The notes under the pieces were generated by a model. That model saw only the letters and a program-made list of their open reading frames with translations. It was not told where the DNA came from and did not search any database. The position numbers were made by a program, and so were the translations under genes. From Caldimonas sp. (GTDB taxonomy: Bacteria; Pseudomonadota; Gammaproteobacteria; Burkholderiales; Burkholderiaceae_C), in assembly GCA_036263655.1 (NCBI GenBank), contig DATAGP010000005.1, positions 288 through 64,287 of the forward strand: a stretch of DNA of 64,000 nucleotides. Direction: 5' to 3'. Within the stretch, counting starts at the first letter, position 1, and each line of letters opens with the position of its first letter. Below, piece after piece: positions 61,480 through 64,000 of the stretch.

Positions 61480-62934
61480 TCAGAACGGATAGTGCCGCGG
61501 CGTCGTCTGCACCGTGATCCACCTCAGGTCGGTGAACTCGGCGATGCCGGCGCTGCCGCCGAACCGGCCGAGCCCCGAGCCCTTGACGCCGCCGAAGGGC
61601 ATCTGCGCCTCGTCGTGCACCGTCGACGCGTTGACGTGGCAGATGCCCGACTCGATCCGCCGCGCGACGTTGATGGCGCGGCCGATGTCGCGCCCGAACA
61701 CCGCCGCGGAGAGGCCGTACTCGTTGTCGTTGGCGCACTCGACCGCCGCCTCGACGCCGCTGACGCGGACGATGCACTTCACCGGCCCGAAGGTCTCCTC
61801 ATGGAAGATGCGCATCTCGCGCGTGACGTGGTCGAGCAGGGTCGCCGGCATCAGCGTGTTCTCGGCCTTGCCGCCGCAGAGCAGCTTGGCGCCCTTGGCC
61901 AGCGCGTCGTCGATCAGCGCATTGCAGTGCTCGACCGTGTGCATGCCGACCACCGAGCCGAGCACCACCGGGTCCTTGCCGCGCGGGTCGCCGAGCGGCA
62001 GCGCCTTGGCCTTGGCGACGAAGCGGTCGACGAAGGTGTCGGCGATCTTGGTGTCGACGATGACCCGCTCGGTGCTCATGCAGATCTGCCCCGAGTTGGC
62101 GAAGCAGCCGAAGGCGGCGGCATTCACCGCCTCGTCGATGTCGGCGTCGTCGAGGATGACGAGCGGCGCCTTGCCGCCGAGCTCGAGCACCACCGGCTTC
62201 AGGTGCTTGGCGCAGACCGCGGCGATGATCTTGCCGACCCGCGTCGAGCCGGTGAAGTTGACGCGCCGCACCGCCGGGTGCGCGACCATCGCCTCGACCA
62301 CCGCGCCCGCGTCTTGCGGGGCGTTCGTCACGTAGTTCAGGACGCCGGGCGGGAAGCCCGCCTCCTGGAACGCCTCGACGATCAGGCGGTGCGTGCGCGG
62401 ACAGCTCTCGCTGCCCTTCAGCACCACGGTGTTGCCGCAGGCCAGCGGCGTGGCGATGGCCCGCGTCGCCAGGATCACCGGCGCGTTCCACGGCGCGACG
62501 CCGAGGACGACGCCGGCCGGCTGGCGGATGCCCATCGCCAGCGAGCCGGGCACGTCGGAGGGAATGATCTCGCCGGCGATCTGCGTCGTGATCGACGCCG
62601 CCTCGCGGACCATGCCGGCCGCGAGCATGACGTTGAAGCCGGCCCAGCCGGCGCTGGCGCCGGTCTCGGCGGCGATCGCCTCGATGAACTGCGGCACCCT
62701 GGCGTCGAGGGCGTCGGCGGCCTTCAGCAGCAGGGCGCGGCGCTCGCTCGGGCCGGTCTGGCTCCAGGTCTTGAAGGCCGCCGCCGCGGCCTCGACGGCG
62801 CGGACCGCGTCCTCGGGGCTGGCGGCGGGGGCGCGCGTCGCGACCTGCTGGTCGAGCGGGTTGCGGCGTTCGAAGGTGGCGCCGTTCTTCGCGGTCGCGG
62901 CGAGGCCGTTGATGAGCATGGACAGATCGGACAT
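61480..62934 (-). CDS. Aromatic aldehyde dehydrogenase (vanillin/salicylaldehyde dehydrogenase-like)
   Basis: [33 protein letters not shown]; own AGGAG RBS; 484 aa. Confidence 0.92.
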   Translation of the reverse strand: MSDLSMLINGLAATAKNGATFERRNPLDQQVATRAPAASPEDAVRAVEAAAAAFKTWSQTGPSERRALLLKAADALDARVPQFIEAIAAETGASAGWAGFNVMLAAGMVREAASITTQIAGEIIPSDVPGSLAMGIRQPAGVVLGVAPWNAPVILATRAIATPLACGNTVVLKGSESCPRTHRLIVEAFQEAGFPPGVLNYVTNAPQDAGAVVEAMVAHPAVRRVNFTGSTRVGKIIAAVCAKHLKPVVLELGGKAPLVILDDADIDEAVNAAAFGCFANSGQICMSTERVIVDTKIADTFVDRFVAKAKALPLGDPRGKDPVVLGSVVGMHTVEHCNALIDDALAKGAKLLCGGKAENTLMPATLLDHVTREMRIFHEETFGPVKCIVRVSGVEAAVECANDNEYGLSAAVFGRDIGRAINVARRIESGICHVNASTVHDEAQMPFGGVKGSGLGRFGGSAGIAEFTDLRWITVQTTPRHYPF

Positions 62935-63675
62935 GGCGTTCTCCTGGACGGGGGTGGGCGAGGCCGCGCCAGCGGCCCCGAGGTAGGCGTGGCGGACGGC
63001 GTCGGAGCGGGCGAGCTCCGCTGCCGTGCCGCTGGCGACGATGCGGCCGCGCTCGAGGACGTGGCCGCGATCGGCGATGGCGAGGGCCTTGCGCACGTTC
63101 TGCTCGACGAGCAGCACCGTGGTGCCGGCGTCGGCGATGCGCCGGGCGATGGCGAGCAGCTCGTCGACCATGCGCGGGGCGAGGCCCAGCGACGGCTCGT
63201 CGAGGAGGAGCAGGCGCGGGCCGGACATCATGGCCCGGGCGACGGCGACCATCTGCTGCTCGCCGCCGCTCATGGTCCCGGCGAGCTGGCCGGCGCGCTC
63301 GGCCAGGCGCGGGAAGTCGCGCAGGACCTGCGCCTGGCGCCGGCGGCGCTCGTCGCGGCCGACGAGCCAGCCGCCGAGCTCGATGTTCTCGGCGACTGTC
63401 ATCTGCCCGAACAGCTGCCGGCCTTCGGCGACGAGGGCCAGGCCGCGGCGCACCGCCCGGTTCGGCTCCTCCGGCGGCAGCGGCTCGCCGTCGAGGACGA
63501 TGCGGCCGAGGCGCGGGATCAGTCCGGCGATCGCCTTCAGCAGGGTCGTCTTGCCGGCGCCGTTGGGCCCGAGCACGACGGTGAGCCCGGGCTCGATCCG
63601 CAGGTCGAGATCGCGCACCACCAGGAAGCGGCCGTAGCCGGCGCTGACGCCGTCGAGGGCGAGCTGAGCGCTCAT
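62935..63675 (-). CDS. LivF-type ABC ATPase with no stop codon; reads in frame into the aldehyde dehydrogenase
   Basis: [37 protein letters not shown]. Confidence 0.85.
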
Positions 63676-64000
63676 GCGGACTCCGCCATCTCGTCGCCGA
63701 GATAGGCCTCGATCACGGCGCGGTCGCGCACGACCTCGGCCGGCGCCGCATCGGCGAGCGTGCGGCCCTGATGCAGCACGATCACGCGGTCGACGTGGCG
63801 CAGCAGCGTCGTCACCGCGTGCTCGATCCAGACCACCGTCAGCCCGAAGTCGTCGCCGAGCCTGCGGATCAGCAGCGCGGTGCGCTCCAGCTCCGCTTCG
63901 GTGAGTCCGGCCGCGACCTCGTCGAGGAGCAGGATGCGCGGCCGCGTCGCCAGCGCCATGCCGATCTCGAGCAGGCGCTGCTGCGACGGGGTCAGGTCGG
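63672..64000 (-). CDS. LivG-type ABC ATPase, 3' part
   Basis: [38 protein letters not shown]; ATGA overlap with the LivF-type gene. Confidence 0.88.
   Translation of the reverse strand, partial: DLTPSQQRLLEIGMALATRPRILLLDEVAAGLTEAELERTALLIRRLGDDFGLTVVWIEHAVTTLLRHVDRVIVLHQGRTLADAAPAEVVRDRAVIEAYLGDEMAESA

Overview
A very GC-rich bacterial chromosomal segment. Gene content (Bug/TctC protein, DUF2917, PEP-CTERM proteins, liu genes) suggests a Burkholderiales betaproteobacterium; this is an inference. About 60 CDS are visible. I recognised no rRNA, tRNA, CRISPR array, integrase or transposase. The leucine-catabolism genes (ivd at 15.7-16.9 kb; mccB and mccA at 0-2.3 kb) bracket about 13 kb of accessory genes: GNAT, Ivy plus LuxR, ArsR-SRPBCC-GST, tannase plus LysR, DUF2917, TTC38-like, a BTAD regulator with two alpha/beta-hydrolase domains, and a P450. 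Next come two LytS/LytTR pairs, a stress cluster (FtsH, three Hsp20, DUF3606), a formyltransferase-2xACT fusion and a GntR-linked acyl-CoA catabolic cassette. A patchwork of exported enzymes follows (MBL-fold, amidohydrolase, vanadium haloperoxidase-like, GGT, two PEP-CTERM proteins), and the window ends in a LivG/LivF-aldehyde dehydrogenase operon. The best candidate for an undescribed system is a small regulon marked by three copies of one promoter-like motif, GGACGC-N5-G[GA]ACGC-N8-xAxxxT. The copies lie upstream of the DUF2917 gene, the TTC38-like gene and a 48-aa membrane peptide 20 kb away, and are plausibly read by the adjacent BTAD/dual-hydrolase regulator. All family calls come from motif recognition by eye; no searches were run. 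Start codons are my choices from RBS and homology context.
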